In this document: positions 1-12,735 of the stretch, one piece after another
Numbering within the stretch: position 1 is the stretch's first letter
Layout of the letters: the number at the start of each line of letters is the position of its first letter
Source of the DNA: Narcine bancroftii
Taxonomy: Eukaryota
NCBI RefSeq assembly: GCF_036971445.1
Contig: NC_091477.1
Span: 105,524,001 to 105,588,000, forward strand
Reading direction: 5' to 3'
Length of the DNA: 64,000 nucleotides
Made by a program: the position numbers and the translations under genes
The notes under the pieces: model-generated
Told to the model about the DNA's origin: nothing
Seen by the model: the letters and a program-made list of their open reading frames with translations, nothing else
The model's database searches: none

Positions 1-668
1 GTAACAGGGATAGATTTTCTTTTCAAATTTCAATGACTGCTGAGCATTTAAACACAAAATTCTAATTTATCTTTTTAAATTCAATTGATATCTGCTTCCT
101 TCATTACATATTCTGAGCAAACACTCTCTTCAAAGAAAATTTCAAATGCCTATTACTAACATTTTGATATTTTAGTTCAGGAGATGCAAAGCTGCTGGAC
201 CGGTTCATACCCGTCCCAACTGTACAAAGTCTGTGCTGAGCGAGTGTCTCGCTGACAGCAAATCGTCGTGCAAAATAAAATCAGAAACGGAACGTTTCAT
301 TTGCTGTTCAGAACAAATAAACGAGTGTGCACTTGGGATATGAATCTCAGAAGAACATACAGTTTGAAAGGGTAATATTTTCTATTTCTGGATTGATTTG
401 GAGAGTGAGACAATTATGGGGAAGATTGATTCAAAATGTTTAAACTTCATACCACAAATGAAAATCCGTGACCCTAAAGCCTTCCCAAATAAAAATGAGT
501 TTATCCACCCTCCAAGTTGCAATTTACTAGACACTGTCGACATTTTCGTGTATTTTTTGATGAATTCAATTAGGAGACAAGAGAGGCGAGGGGAATATCA
601 AGATCAATACACACTCAAAACATAGGATACAATCCTAGCATTAATTTGCACCAAGACCCGCTCCATAC

Positions 669-1371
669 CTTCTGTGGTTCTCGATGCAGCTCTGAGGACA
701 ACACAGATAGTCTTTTTCAGCTCGATCATCGAGCCTGGCTGATTGGATATGAAGGGAAATGCCTGCACGCATTCCCCGGGATGCTGGTGGAAGACCGTCC
801 GTAGGTAGTACTCGACGAGGCGGACGGCAATGTCCAACTCTCCGCTGACAGCGTCAGCGTGCACCACGCCGATGAGTCCGGGCAGATCTTCCCACGAACT
901 GGACCTTTGCCGGACGTCCTTCAGAAGTTCTCGGATCATCACATCATTTTGCTTGTCGCAGATAAAATCTTGATGGAAGAGGAAGATAATTAACCGGGCG
1001 TTGATCCGTCGCTGCTCCTTACTCCCATTAACAATCTGCGCTACCTTGGCAGAACAATCAAGTAAGTTCACAGTCTCATTACATGGTGGTTCCATCGTTG
1101 TGCTTCCCGTGCCCGGAATCCCACTGCAAACTTTCTCAGGTCGTTGAAACAGGTTATTTACAAACTGGAACATCAGGTCCCTGCTGTCGGACACCTCTCC
1201 AATCAGGAAGATGCTCTCTCTGCCTCCGATAGCATTGACCACTTGCTGGAACTCCCTTTCGGTCCATTCTGCATCCAAATCCATGAGCACTTCTTCTATC
1301 CTTTCGTTCCGTGGGAAAAGGTTGTGATCTCCCGGCAGCTCCGCCTTTTCGAACGCCAGCTTGTTAACCAT
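669..1371 (-). CDS. C2orf72: C2orf72-like (DUF4630) protein, first coding exon; gene continues beyond the window start
   Basis: FQQVVNAIGGRESIFLIGE, IRELLKDVRQR, GLIGVV and RLVEYYLRTVF...VQA match the recalled C2orf72 motifs FQALVEAAGGRGQVLLVGE, LREMLRDVRGR and RLLEALLRAVF...VQA. Donor AG|GTATGG at 668 (phase 1). The true start may be the ATG at 1284. Confidence 0.8.
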
Positions 1372-1395
1372 TGGCTATTTCCCAAGGGGCGGAGC
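1370..1395 (-). promoter_or_regulatory. CCAAT box and GC box upstream of the C2orf72-like gene
   Basis: ATTGG at 1370-1374 and GGGGCGGAGC at 1386-1395, next to a CpG-rich exon. Confidence 0.45.
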
Positions 1396-1594
1396 CATTA
1401 CCCTTTCGATGTCATAATCGGTGGGGAGGAACGCCCACCCCCTTCATCCAACTGCTACAGTGTTGGCCCAACAGAAACAGGGTGAGTGGCGAACGCAAGG
1501 ACGAGTTTGCATTTGAACTAACTCAATCTCTCCTCCGAAAGAGGACGTTTTTACTTCCCAAGCAGCTTTTGGACGAGGTAAAGAACGTGGAGAT

Positions 1595-1812
1595 CTTCCA
1601 TAAAAACACAATGCTGGAGAAACTCAGACATTTCCCACATTTCGGGTTTGCGGTTCTCCACTATTGTGTTCTTACTCAATCAGAGATAAAGATACATGAC
1701 CAACGTCATTATAACCAATCTTTGCTATATAAAATACACAGTTTGACCTGCTGAGATTCTCTGGCAGTTTTTTTATTCAATCACCGGTGTCTGCAGACTT
1801 TCGTGTTTTGCT
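1595..1812. mobile_element. Penelope-derived short element with inverted ends
   Basis: acacaatgctggagaaactcag ... ctgagattctctggcag and a gtctgcagactttcgtgttt tail; same family as 2005-2150, 22270-22420, 30060-30265 and 55360-55750. Confidence 0.55.
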
Positions 1813-2004
1813 TAGTAGATATCTTCTATTTTCCGTATGGTATCCGGAATTAATCCCATAAAATTCTACCTACTGCACTGGGATTTTGATATTTTTGTTG
1901 GTGTGGAGATCACATTAAGGTTGAGAAATTGCTGATAAATAATTCTAAATAAGGAATCTTGCACGTCACTCTTCACCTGCTCCAATGTGAGGTAGCAGAA
2001 AGGA

Positions 2005-2150
2005 TGGAAACACGAAAGTTTGCAGACGCTGTGATTGTAGTGAAAACACAGGTGCTGGAGGAACTTGTATCTCGCAGCTTCCATAGAAGGGAATGAATGA
2101 TAGGCAACCGAAGTTTCGGGCTTAAGCCCTTCGACAAAGTATGAAAGGAA
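2005..2150 (-). mobile_element. Penelope-derived short element (pLTR fragment)
   Basis: aacacgaaagtttgcagacgctgtgattgtag...gctggaggaact...gtttcgggcttaagcccttc family signature. Confidence 0.6.
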
Positions 2151-2499
2151 CCTTTGTTTAGATCTGGCATAGGGTCAAGATTGCTTCTTATTTCTCTGCC
2201 CTATTCAGAGAAAGACCTAATTTAGCAAGAATTTCTAGTGGAAATCAGTCAAGTGCACAAGTCCTCCCCCCAAATTCAACCAATAAGTGACAGAAGACTA
2301 CCTATTGCGGTGCTTCTGTTAAATCTAACAGCTTCAAATTGCCTGTTTAATAACGTTGTAGCTTGCGTTTTAATAAGTGTTATTTTTTAAAAATTCTGTC
2401 ACCATAAACTTGTTTAACACCGGTTATAGGGGAAAGTATCATCAGCCATTATTGAAGGTATTGTTGCAGCATTTACGTTTTAGGAAAGTTTTGTTTTCC

Positions 2500-3352
2500 T
2501 CTACCACCATCAACCTGGCCCTCATCCGCATATACTTCATTACCCGCACATCTGCCATGGCCCCTTCCGACCCCACGCACAAGGACTGTATTCTCCGTGT
2601 CCTCACCTACCATCCCACCAGCCTCCGTGTCCAACATATCCTCCTCTGCCATCTACTACATGATGCCACCACTAATATAATCCCCACTCAGCCTTCTGCA
2701 GGGACTCCCTTGTACACTCCTCCCTTCCCACCAATTGTCCCCCTGTGACCGCAGGAATGCTCCACTGTCGCCCACACGTCCTCCCTCACCATCATTCTGG
2801 GCCCTACTCCTTTAAAGTGAAACAACATCTCACTTGTGAATCTGCAGGGGTCATCCAATGCTCCCGATGTGGTTTCCTCTACACTAGAGACTGGGAGATC
2901 GCCTTGTTGAGCACCTAGCCTCCATCCATCACAATAGCGTGGATCTCTCAGTGGCCAACCATTTCAATTCCCTGTCCCATTCCCTTGGAGAAATGTCTGT
3001 CTGTGGTCTTGTGCCAGACTGGGACCACCTACGAATTGGAGGAACCACACCTCCCTTCAACCAGATGGCATTAACATCGACCTCTTCTTCCTCCTGTTGC
3101 CTTTTCCCCCTGCTCAGTCTCTCTCTTCCCTTTTCTCTGTCTCCTTTCAGAGCCAAAATCAATTTTCACCTCTTGTCTAATCATATCCAAATCTTTTGTT
3201 GGTCTGGTCTCCTCCCCCTGCTAGTCTTCAGGCTTTACTCTGATGCCTTACTATTCTATGCTTATATCTTGAAGAAGGGCTCAGACCCGAAACATCGGTA
3301 ATATATCTTTACCTCTTATGGACACTGTGAGGCTGGCTGACTTCCTCCAGCA
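2500..3352 (+). mobile_element. Penelope-like retroelement 3' fragment (degenerate GIY-YIG endonuclease plus pLTR)
   Basis: Frameshifted HLTCESAGVI..CSRCGFLY..RLGDRLVEHL..SVANHFNSLSHS, then a pyrimidine-rich tract and ttgaagaagggctcagacccgaaac. Confidence 0.75.
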
Positions 3353-4659
3353 ACCTTTGAACAGTTTTACAGTGAAAGCTTGTAAAATCTTCAAAGATTT
3401 TGTGAACAAACTCCACCAACTCTTTACTATATCAGCATTTAACTCAATTTAAGCAACATCTTTTCCACCAAAATATATAGAGTATTCTGTAAATCTGAGA
3501 AAATATATCTTTAGCAGAATATACATCTGCACTAAACCTTTTGACAAAGTGGAATTTTGAGAGTGCAGTTTGCATGTTAATCCTGTTAGGATTAAAGGCA
3601 AAGTTAACAGGCACAGAGAACCCTGGTTTTCATGGGACATTGGCAATCTGATGTTAAGAAGAGGTGGGTGTACAGGAAGAATAGGCATCAATGAGAAACT
3701 TGAAGAGTACAGAAAATACTAAAAAAGGAAATCAGGAAGGCAAAAAGAAAACATGAGGCTGCTTTGGCAGATAATGTTAAGGTAAACCCAAAGGGTTTCT
3801 ACAAGTATATTAAGAGTAAAAGGAGGAGGAAGAGGGGCTAAATAAATTTGGGAAAAAGAGTAAAAGGATAATAAAGGACAAAATTGGTCCACTGGAGGAT
3901 GTGTGGTCAACTATGTGTGGCGCCTCACGTAATGGCAAGATTTTTTTGCAACAGTATTTATTCAGGAAACTCATATGAAGGGTAACAAACATAAGGAGAT
4001 TAAGGATAAAGGTAGATAAATCCCTCGGGCAAGATGATATTCCCTTGAGGGAGACTAGTGTAGAAATTGCAGGGGCCCTGGCAGATATATTCAAAATGTC
4101 CTTAGCCACGAGTGATGTGCCAGAGAATTGGAGGGTAGGTCAGGTTCTCCTGTTGTTTGTTACCAAGAAGGTAGATGATGGAAAGGCTGTTGATGTTGTC
4201 TACATGGACTTTAGTAAAGCCTTTGACAAGGTCCCACATGGGAGGTTAGTTCAGGTTAAGACCCTAGGTATCTATAGAGAGGTTGAAAACTAGATTCAAA
4301 ATTAGCTATGAAGGAGAAAACAGTGAGATAGTGGATGGTTGCTTCTCAGACCACTCTATCGAGGACATCTACTGGATGTCCACTCTATGGAGGCCTGTAA
4401 CTAGTGGTGTGTCTCAGGAATCTGTGTTGAGACCATTGTTGCTTGTTATCTATATCAATAATCTGATCTGGATGATAATGTTAAACTAGATCAGCAAGTT
4501 TGATGATGACACAGATAGGAGGTGCTGTGGACAAAGAAGTTATTTCAAAACTTGTAAAGGGATCTGGACCAACTGCATTGTTTCATACAGGCAAGTGTGA
4601 AGTGAAGCATTTTGGAAGGGCAAACCAAGGTAGGCCATACACAGTAAATGGGGCACTGA

Positions 4660-6490
4660 GGAACAAAGAATCAGAATCGGGATTTATCGTCATAAACAAG
4701 TCATAAAATCCAGTGTTTTGCAGCAGCACCAGAGCGTAACAGTGCACACAAAGTAAGGCAGTGTCTTTGGTTCATTGATTGATGGCAGCAGGGAAGAAGC
4801 AGTCCTTGTGTCACTGAGTGCTCGTCTTTAGGCTCCTGTACCTGTCCCCTCTGATGATAGCAGAGTGAAGAGGGCATGGCCTGGGTAGTGGGGGTCTTAC
4901 AGGATAGAGGCTGCTTTTTTTAAGTCGCTGTCTTATGTATAATGGTGTCTGTGATGTTGCAGGCCAAGTTAACAACCCTCTGGAGTTCATTATTGTCCTG
5001 AGAGTTGGTGCTTCAATACCAGGCAGTGATGCAACCAGACAGAATGCTCTCCACGGTACACCTGTAGAGGTTTACAAGTCTTCAGAGACAAATCTCACTC
5101 ACAGTATAGCTGCTGGTGAGCCTTCTCTGTGATTACTTCAATGTGGAGGCCCCAGTAAATTGCATTAAAATTAATATCTTCCCAAGGATACAATACCTAT
5201 TTCAATCGTTACCAATTCCCTTAACAGAGAAATTCTTCAATGAGCTAAAGAAAATAAGGAAATTCTTATGGCAAGGGGGGGAAACTGAGGATAGCGCTAG
5301 ATAAATTAACAGAATGGTACAAACAAGGGGGTTTGCAGCTACCAAACTTTAAGAATTATTATAGAGGAACACAATTAAGATATCTATCAGATTTTTATCA
5401 AACAAGGAAAAACAGGATTGGACCAGGATAGAGCTAGATAAAATAGGGGAGAAGGTACCAGAACATATACTTTATAAGTGGGATGAAAAACTGGTGTAAT
5501 ATAGAAGTTCACCAGTACTGCACCATCTGCTCAACATTTGGAAGAAGATTCACGTAGAAAGGAAGAAAAAGCAAATTACCAATTACCAAAATTATTATTT
5601 GATGCAAAATCAACTAATCCCTTTCACAATAGATAACCTTTCCTTTAGAGAATGGGAGAGAAAAGGGATTAAAAGAATATTAAATCAGGTATTAAATAAA
5701 ATCACAAAAAGTAACATGCCAAAAAATCCAGAGATCTTTCTCCTAATATAAGAAGTACAGAATTAGGCCTCAAACTGGGTGAAGCACAAAAAAGATTTAT
5801 TATGATAGCCTTAGCTGTAGCAAAAAAATGTATAATGTCAACCTGGAAATCAGAAGAGAGCCTAAGAGTACAGCAATGGTACATAGAAATGAATAAATGT
5901 ATTCCATTGGAAAAAATAATATAATTTTAAAGTCACATTATTCGAACAAATATGAGAACCGTACATGGAACACAACAGAGAGGGCCTACTGCGGACCTCC
6001 ACCCCCTAAAATGAGAAGACGAAATGAACTGCCCCAGTGTGTAAAAGTAGATGACACCATTTTCTTATTTTCATTGTGTGATGACATTGTTTAATGGGTT
6101 TATTATATTGTACATGTTGAACGTTTAATGGGTTTGGAGGGGGGTGGGAAGGAGGGGGGGGAAAATGACACTGTATATTCAAGAGGGAAATATTTGTATT
6201 TTGGTTAATATGGTTCAGTGTGAAAAATAAAAAATATATTTAAAAAAATGTGGAGGCTCCTGGACAGATTCTCAGAGATGTTGACACCCAGAAATTTGAA
6301 GTTCTTGATCCTTTCCGCTACTGAGCCTTCAATGAGGACTGGGTTATGTTCCTCTAACTTCCTCCACAATCACGTCTTCAGTTTTGCTGACATTGAGCAC
6401 AAGGTTTTTGTCATTACACCATTCGACGAGCTGATCGCTCTCCTGCATGCTTCCTCATTCCCATTTATGATTCTGCCAACAGCTGTGGTG
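4660..6490 (-). mobile_element. Rex1/L2-type LINE 3' fragment inserted in CR1 and split by an L1
   Basis: aatcagaatc repeat tail at ~4668; reverse-strand FKFLGVNISENLS RT-tail motif at ~6265-6305. Confidence 0.65.
5151..6246 (+). mobile_element. L1/Tx1-type LINE, 5'-truncated, with A-rich tail and 11-bp TSD
   Basis: NCIKINIFPRIQYLFQSLP and GGLQLPNFKNYY; AATAAA plus A-tail; TSD AATGTGGAGGC at 5140-5150 and 6247-6257. Confidence 0.85.
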
Positions 6491-7374
6491 ATCAGGTGGA
6501 CAGGGTTGTAGAAAAAGCTTTTGGCATCTTCGCCTTTATAAATCAAAGAATTGAGTCTCAGAGCTGGGATGTTATGTTGAAGTTGTTTGACATTGAGGCG
6601 GCCAAATTTGGAATATTAAATTCTGGTAAACCTAACTAAATACGCTGGAAAGAATGCAGAATAGATTTACTAGGATGTTGCCAGCTCTTCAAGAGTTGAA
6701 TTACAGGGAAAGAGTAAACAGGTTACGACTGTATTGCTTGGAGTGAAGAATGAGGGGAGGTTTATTACAGGTTTACAAGATTATGATGTATCGGCAGAGT
6801 GGATAAAAGTAGGCTTTTTCTACTTAGATTCGGGGAGATAAATATGAGAGGTTATAGTTTTAAGATGAAAGGGGAAAAGTTTAGGGGCAATCAGTCAAAG
6901 TGATTGGAGTGTGAAATGATCTCCCACCTAAAGTAGTGAATGCAGGCTCAATCTTAAATTTTTAGAATAAATTGGATAGATACATGAATGGGTGAGGTCT
7001 AGAGGGTTATGGAATGGGACTAGGGAAATAATGGTCAGCACAGACTAGAAGGGCTGAACGGCCTGTTTCCTGTGCTGTAGCTTTTGATGGTTCCATGCTG
7101 GGTAATTTTGCAAATTAATTGCAGAAGCTGCTTAAACCAGTGCAGCAGTTGACCCAACTGCTTTAAAACCATGAACTCGCCCATATTGCAAGGTTCAATA
7201 CAAAGAGAATGTTGAATTTTAAAGATAATTTATTAGAGCATTTATGAAACATCCAGCTTTGTAGCACCAAAGGTGCAATTCTTCAGCCTCTTTAGTGTCC
7301 AATATGCTGTATTAAATGTTTATGCAACAATAAGAGATGAAGAAACAATCAGTCAATTTAGAATATTGATATTA

Positions 7375-7380
7375 TTTATT
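7375..7380 (-). terminator. RPL35A polyadenylation signal AATAAA
   Basis: tttatt on the plus strand, 23 nt after the stop codon. Confidence 0.8.
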
Positions 7381-7403
7381 TTCAATTTCTGTACAGCATT
7401 TCT

Positions 7404-7427
7404 TTAAATTCTTGATGGGTACAGCAT
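7404..7427 (-). CDS. RPL35A: 60S ribosomal protein L35a, last exon (MLYPSRI*)
   Basis: ttctcttgcag|ATGCTGTACCCATCAAGAATTTAA. Confidence 0.95.
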   Translation of the reverse strand: MLYPSRI

Positions 7428-8253
7428 CTGCAAGAGAAATCAAAGACGGTGAGGCACTTGTTTAATGAAAGCATTGAACAGGTTACATCTCAAATTTAGC
7501 TGTCGCTCCTGGGCTATGCATTTGCCCATTTTTCCATCTCTGATACAATAGAGAATTGTCACAGCATCTCGAACAGTCAAGGTTTCACTGATGACTGCCC
7601 ATAAAATTAAAAGCCCATAAACAGGATTTCCTCCCACCATTCTGGGAAGTGGTGGTGATGGTGGAATGGGGTTTTAGATTCATTGGGTGTAATTAGGCAC
7701 CACAGGCTTGTGGGCTGAAAGGGCCTGTTATTGTGCAATATGTCTCAAATAACAATTATAACAGTAGAGTATGGATCAAGTTTGGTCCACTATTTGAGGA
7801 GTTGTGGCTTTGTCATATTCCAGGAATTTAATTACAAAAGGGGGAAAAAAAGCCCTCAGCTAGTGAACCCATCTAAAATCTAACATTTACAGATCTATAA
7901 TGGTTAGTAAAACATCAAACTTTGAGAAATTATTTCACATTAGTTTTGTCAAATGACTAGGTGAACATTGTGGATGAAGCAATGTAGTTACTGTAATTAC
8001 AATGTTGTTCTCCAAGTATATCTAAACTACCAAATGTTGGAATTTACCAAATTTTTTCATCAGATTAACACTATTTAATCTTTTAACAGTGTGGATGAAA
8101 ATTACTGTCAAACTGCAAACTATTAAACATGCAATAACTTTGGTTAATAAAGAATTGACCACAACTTAAATAGTCAATAAACTTGCAAATTCCTGATCAC
8201 ATTTGGAGACTCATGATAAAAATAACTGAAGAATTATTGTTCCCTTTACTTAC

Positions 8254-8398
8254 CACACGAATTCTATGCCCAATTGCCTTTGCAGGCAGGTTACTTCTGA
8301 ACTTTGCACGGACCATGCCACTGTTACCATGAGAACGAGTCACTTTACCCCAAATGACTCGAGTTCTATTTGGTTTACCTCCAGGAGTGATGGTCTTG
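8254..8398 (-). CDS. RPL35A: RPL35A exon 4
   Basis: [48 protein letters not shown]; 145 nt, AG/GT bounded. Confidence 0.97.
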
Positions 8399-8554
8399 CT
8401 GCGAAAAGGACCAAAAGTAACTTGCATTTTATAACACATCACAACTCAATAATGTTAACCAAAACAGCCCCACAAAAAACTGCAATAATCTAAGAAGATG
8501 AGTTAAAATGAAAGCCCAAAACATTAAATTACTGCAGGAAATAACAACTAAAGG

Positions 8555-9080
8555 TGGGAACACAAATTACAGATGCTGGAATTTGAGCAAAGAGAAGCTG
8601 AAGTGACTCAGCAGTCAGGCAGCCTCCATGCCGTAGCAACACTTCGTCAAGAACCCTCTTTGAAACCAATGTGAGAATGAGAGACATCAAGGGCCAATAA
8701 AAGGAAGGCTGGGAAGGGACAAGATGCAATAGGATACTGTATATAGTGGGAAAGACGAAGTGAGGAAGACTAGTTGAGCACTGGGGTGGGTGGATTTACA
8801 TGGAGAGCTCTGAAATGGGCAAGGAAAAATGGGAACAGACAAATTCAATGTTCATGCCATTGGGTTTTAGGCTATGCAGTCTGAATATGATGTGCTGTTT
8901 CCAAGTTTGCACTTGGCAATAGATGTGGGAGAGGACAGACATGTCTATGTGGGAACAAGGAGATGAATTGAAATGCCTGGCAACCAGGACTTCCAGCTAG
9001 CATGTGAGGACAGAATGCAGCTGTTCAATAAAACAGTCACATAATGTGTGTTTGGTCTCGCTAATGTTGAGGAGCCTGAT
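8555..9080 (-). mobile_element. Decayed Penelope-like fragment in RPL35A intron 3
   Basis: cagatgctggaat..actcagcagtcaggcagc end and aaattcaatgttcatgccattgggtt internal motif. Confidence 0.5.
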
Positions 9081-9633
9081 GAAAATGAGGCCAATGTAAA
9101 GTTTGAAGGACTTTGTATAAAATGTCAAGGCACAATGCAAATGAAGCTCATATGAGGTTGTTTAAAAAGCAACACCAAAATTATGTTTTGTACCCAAAAA
9201 TTCATCAAGCATTTGGATTAGGAAATCTAAAATATTAATTAAGTTTCAGCAGCGAGAAAGCATTGCAATAAGCTTAATTAACAAGTCATACTATTCCTAT
9301 ATTGAACATTTCCAATACAAACTTGCATAAAAATTTGTAGAAATCTTATTTACCACATTATTAACAACCCTCAAACAGTGCTGTTTTCCTCCTGATGTTT
9401 ACTAGTTGAATAGAAAATAAAATCACTGGCGCAGCACATAAATTTAACATAAACTAACTTAAAACTATTTAAATTTTTGTTCCTCAGTAACACATGGTAT
9501 AATGAACAAATTCAATGTGGAAATTTTTAATTTGGTTGGAACTTCAAAGTTCATTTCAAAGAAACTTTGTATCAAAATTGGTAATAATATGATAAGAGCG
9601 AAGAAAATGTTACATCAATGATGTATCATTGTT

Positions 9634-10139
9634 GCACAAAAAAGATTTGTTAAGATAGCCCTAGCTGTAGCAAAAAAATGTATTATGTCAACCTGGAAAT
9701 TGGAAGATAATTTGAAAATACAACAATGGTATATAGAAATGAATAAATGTATTCCATTAGAAAAAATAACATATAGTTTAAGAAATAATATTGAAATATT
9801 CGAACAAGTATGGGAGCCTTACATTAAATACAATAGCGAAAACCTACCGGGAACAAACATTACCTAAGTTGATGGAAGAAGAGAAGAAAAAAATGGACTC
9901 AGTAGAATTTCTGGTGTATTTTTGTTGAATGACAACATTGTCTAACTGAATTAATGCAACCTAGATTGTATAACTAAAATGGATGAGAGGGGGGAGGGAT
10001 GGGGGGGTGGCTTGGGAGGAGGGAGGGGGGAGGGAGAAAAAGTCACTGTAAATGTGTGGAAAAGAAAAAGTGTATATCATGGCTATTGTGATTTATGGTG
10101 TGAAAAATAAAAAATTTAAAAAAAAAAAAAAAAAAATAA
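9634..10139 (+). mobile_element. Young L1/Tx1 3' fragment with long poly(A) and 17-bp TSD
   Basis: IALAVAKKCIMSTWK..WYIEMNKCIPLEK, same family as 5151-6246; TSD AATGATGTATCATTGTT at 9617-9633 and 10140-10156. Confidence 0.9.
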
Positions 10140-10203
10140 AATGATGTATCATTGTTACATCAAGAGAACAAATTGAAAACCACAACTCAAAACAGTGCAC
10201 TCA

Positions 10204-10404
<201 letters not shown>

Positions 10405-11285
10405 TTATATTAAAATATTACTTCAATGATTTAAAAACACAGCAAATTTCATTTAACATTTTGATTCACAACTGGTTCAGAGGATAGCAAGGGAAAGGTT
10501 TTATCCTGATGAGAGGTCTTTGTCATGATGCTTTGCAAGGATCAGTATGGGACCTTAAATCCACAACTGTAGATAGCAAGGAGGTTGTCAAAGGTTTCAG
10601 CAGGGATAGATCAATTGAAACTACCGTATGTTTAATCAGGTCAAATGCAAGTTATTGCAGTTTGGGAGATCAAATGAAAGAGTATTCAGTAAATGGCATG
10701 ACCATTGGGAGTCTTGACATAGGGATCCTGGGGTGCTTAACTTTTCTTCTTTGGCTTGGCTTCGCGGACGAAGATTTATGGAGGGGGTAAAAGTCCACGT
10801 CAGCTGCAGGCTCGTTTGTGGCTGACAAGTCCGATGCGGGACAGGCAGACACGGTTGCAGCGGATGCAGGGGAAAATTGGTGGGTTGGGGTTGGGTGTTG
10901 GGTTTTTCCTCCTTTGCCTTTCATAAATGTGGCGACACAAATAGACAAGATGATACGAGTGGCCTTATAAGTTAGGACATTGAGTTGAAAGACCACATTT
11001 GCAGTATTAAGTGGAATTCTGGTAACTGCATTTTACTAGGGATGTGGAGGCTTTGAAGACTGCAGAATCCAGGATGTTGCCTGGATTGAAGTATTAGCTA
11101 CAAAAGGGACCGGACTGTTTTCTCAGGGATGCCAGAGCCAAAGGACATAACTAGGCAATATCGTTCTCCCTCCCCCAAGTGGAAATGTCAAATACTAAAT
11201 TTTAAATGACAGTATGGGGAAAACCATCAAGGGAGAGGCTTATGGAAATTTTTGCAAGACCACCTCAGTGTAAAGTGCCTGAAAA

Positions 11286-11540
11286 GGTAGCACAGTTGGC
11301 ATAGCAGTTAGTGCAACACCTTTTCAGTGCCCGGGATCGGGATTTGAATCCTTCGCTGTCTGTAAGGAGTTTGTACTTTCTCCCAGTGTCTGCATGGGTT
11401 TTTCCTGGGGATGCCAGTTTCTTCCCACCATTTGAAACATACTAGGAGTGTAGGCTCATTGGGTGTAAATTGGGCAGCAGAGACCCATGTACCAAAATGG
11501 CCTGTTTCCAAGCTGTTCGTCTAAATTTAGAATTAAATTT
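11286..11540 (+). mobile_element. tRNA-derived HE1/V-SINE
   Basis: A/B-box head, ctgtaaggagtttgta..tgcatgggtttt core and CR1-like tail. Confidence 0.75.
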
Positions 11541-12229
11541 AAAAGAAACTTTACACCAGAGGTGTGGAGGAAGTAGATACAATAATTTGCAAGAAAATAG
11601 AGGAATATAGATCAAGATGCATGCAAATGTGCAGTTTCAAACAGAATCACGTAGATCAATTTGCATTTCTCAGCAGTAAAATGAAAATGCAAGAACTCCA
11701 TTTGAAAACAGCTAAAACTGAGAACTATTGACTATTAACATCCTGGATTCTGCACTCTTCGAAGCTGCTGCAGCATGATCATTGAAATGCGGTGACCAGA
11801 AGTGCAAATGTAGCCTAACCAAATGACTTGCGACTTTTAAACTCAACATCCTAACAGACCTAATGCTCTCATTTAATCACAATAACAGCACCAGGGTATT
11901 GGATTGTTTGCCAGCCAGAAGTCAATCAACTAAGCCAAAATATTGTGCAATTTGTTAGGAATGTGGCTTTCACACAAAAATCAGAACTTTCTGAGGATAA
12001 AATTAGAGGGATCCTGTCTGGCACTTCACGGAATGGTTGGATCAAGTCAATCACACTCTGCTGGGGAAAACCTGTAGGAGAACAGGACGAAATGAGATGT
12101 ATTCGATGTACAAAAAGTACAGTGCTCCGACATCTAACGCGGAACCCTGGGGCCTTCCCTACACTTTAACCCCCAGAGGTCCGGGGGGGTGGGGGTAATA
12201 TTTAGAGCACAGCCCGACCCCTGTCTCAC

Positions 12230-12240
12230 CTTCCAGGCAT
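12230..12240 (-). CDS. RPL35A: RPL35A first coding segment (MPGR); exon 2 spans 12230-12268
   Basis: gttccag|...ATGCCTGGAAG|gtgaga; phase 2 matches exon 3. Confidence 0.93.
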
Positions 12241-12457
12241 TGCGATGTGCGCGCCAGGCCGCGGGACCCTGGAACAGAGCAAGAGGAGGCGGTTAATGAC
12301 CGAGCGCAATCCCGCCAACATCACGAACATCCTCCCTCCCCGACGACCGATAACCTGAGTGCGCGCATTCCCGCACCCGGCCAAACGGCTCGGAGCCCCC
12401 CGAAAACATCCATTAATCCTGAAAAGTGAGCTGATGTCCCGCGAGCTCAGTACTTAC

Positions 12458-12490
12458 AGCCTGCCCGACAAGCCAAGATGGAGGAAGAGG
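12458..12490 (-). promoter_or_regulatory. RPL35A: RPL35A non-coding exon 1 with 5'TOP/TCT initiator and YY1-like site
   Basis: CTCTTCCTCCATCTTGGC...GGCT|gtaagt. Confidence 0.8.
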
Positions 12491-12712
12491 CCGCCGCACA
12501 GCCTGCCGGGATGCTGGAGGACTGCCCCAGCGCCGGCCCGGCGACGCGCTCCCCGGCCATCAGAGATAATCGTCTTTAAACTCGCACCGCTGACTTTATG
12601 TCAATTAAACTTTAGCCAACTCTAGAAACTAAAACTGCACGCTGGAAACATTTATTTCGTGGTAAACATGTCCGAGTAGATTTTAGGGCAGCTGTCTGGC
12701 CCACCCCGCCGC

Positions 12713-12726
12713 GTTCCCATGGCAAC
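12713..12726 (+). promoter_or_regulatory. RFX X-box in the IQCG promoter
   Basis: GTTCCCATGGCAAC matches GTTNCCATGGNAAC, just upstream of the ATG of a motile-cilia gene. Confidence 0.8.
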
Positions 12727-12735
12727 ACATCAACA

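Larger units (their letters stand above)
3480..7095 (+). mobile_element. CR1 LINE, decayed and interrupted by nested insertions (CR1 parts ~3480-4660 and ~6500-7095)
   Basis: VDVVYMDFSKAFDKVPHGRL and WRPVTSGVSQESVL; CR1 3' tail gggctgaacggcctgtttcctgtgctg. Confidence 0.8.

Noticed and set aside
7391-7427. ATGCTGTAC repeated in the last RPL35A exon and its 3'UTR
   Set aside because: A 9-bp repeat with no acceptor or ORF significance
8197-8442. 81-aa ORF as a standalone RPL35A pseudogene
   Set aside because: It is exon 4 read through its flanking introns; all other exons are present and in phase
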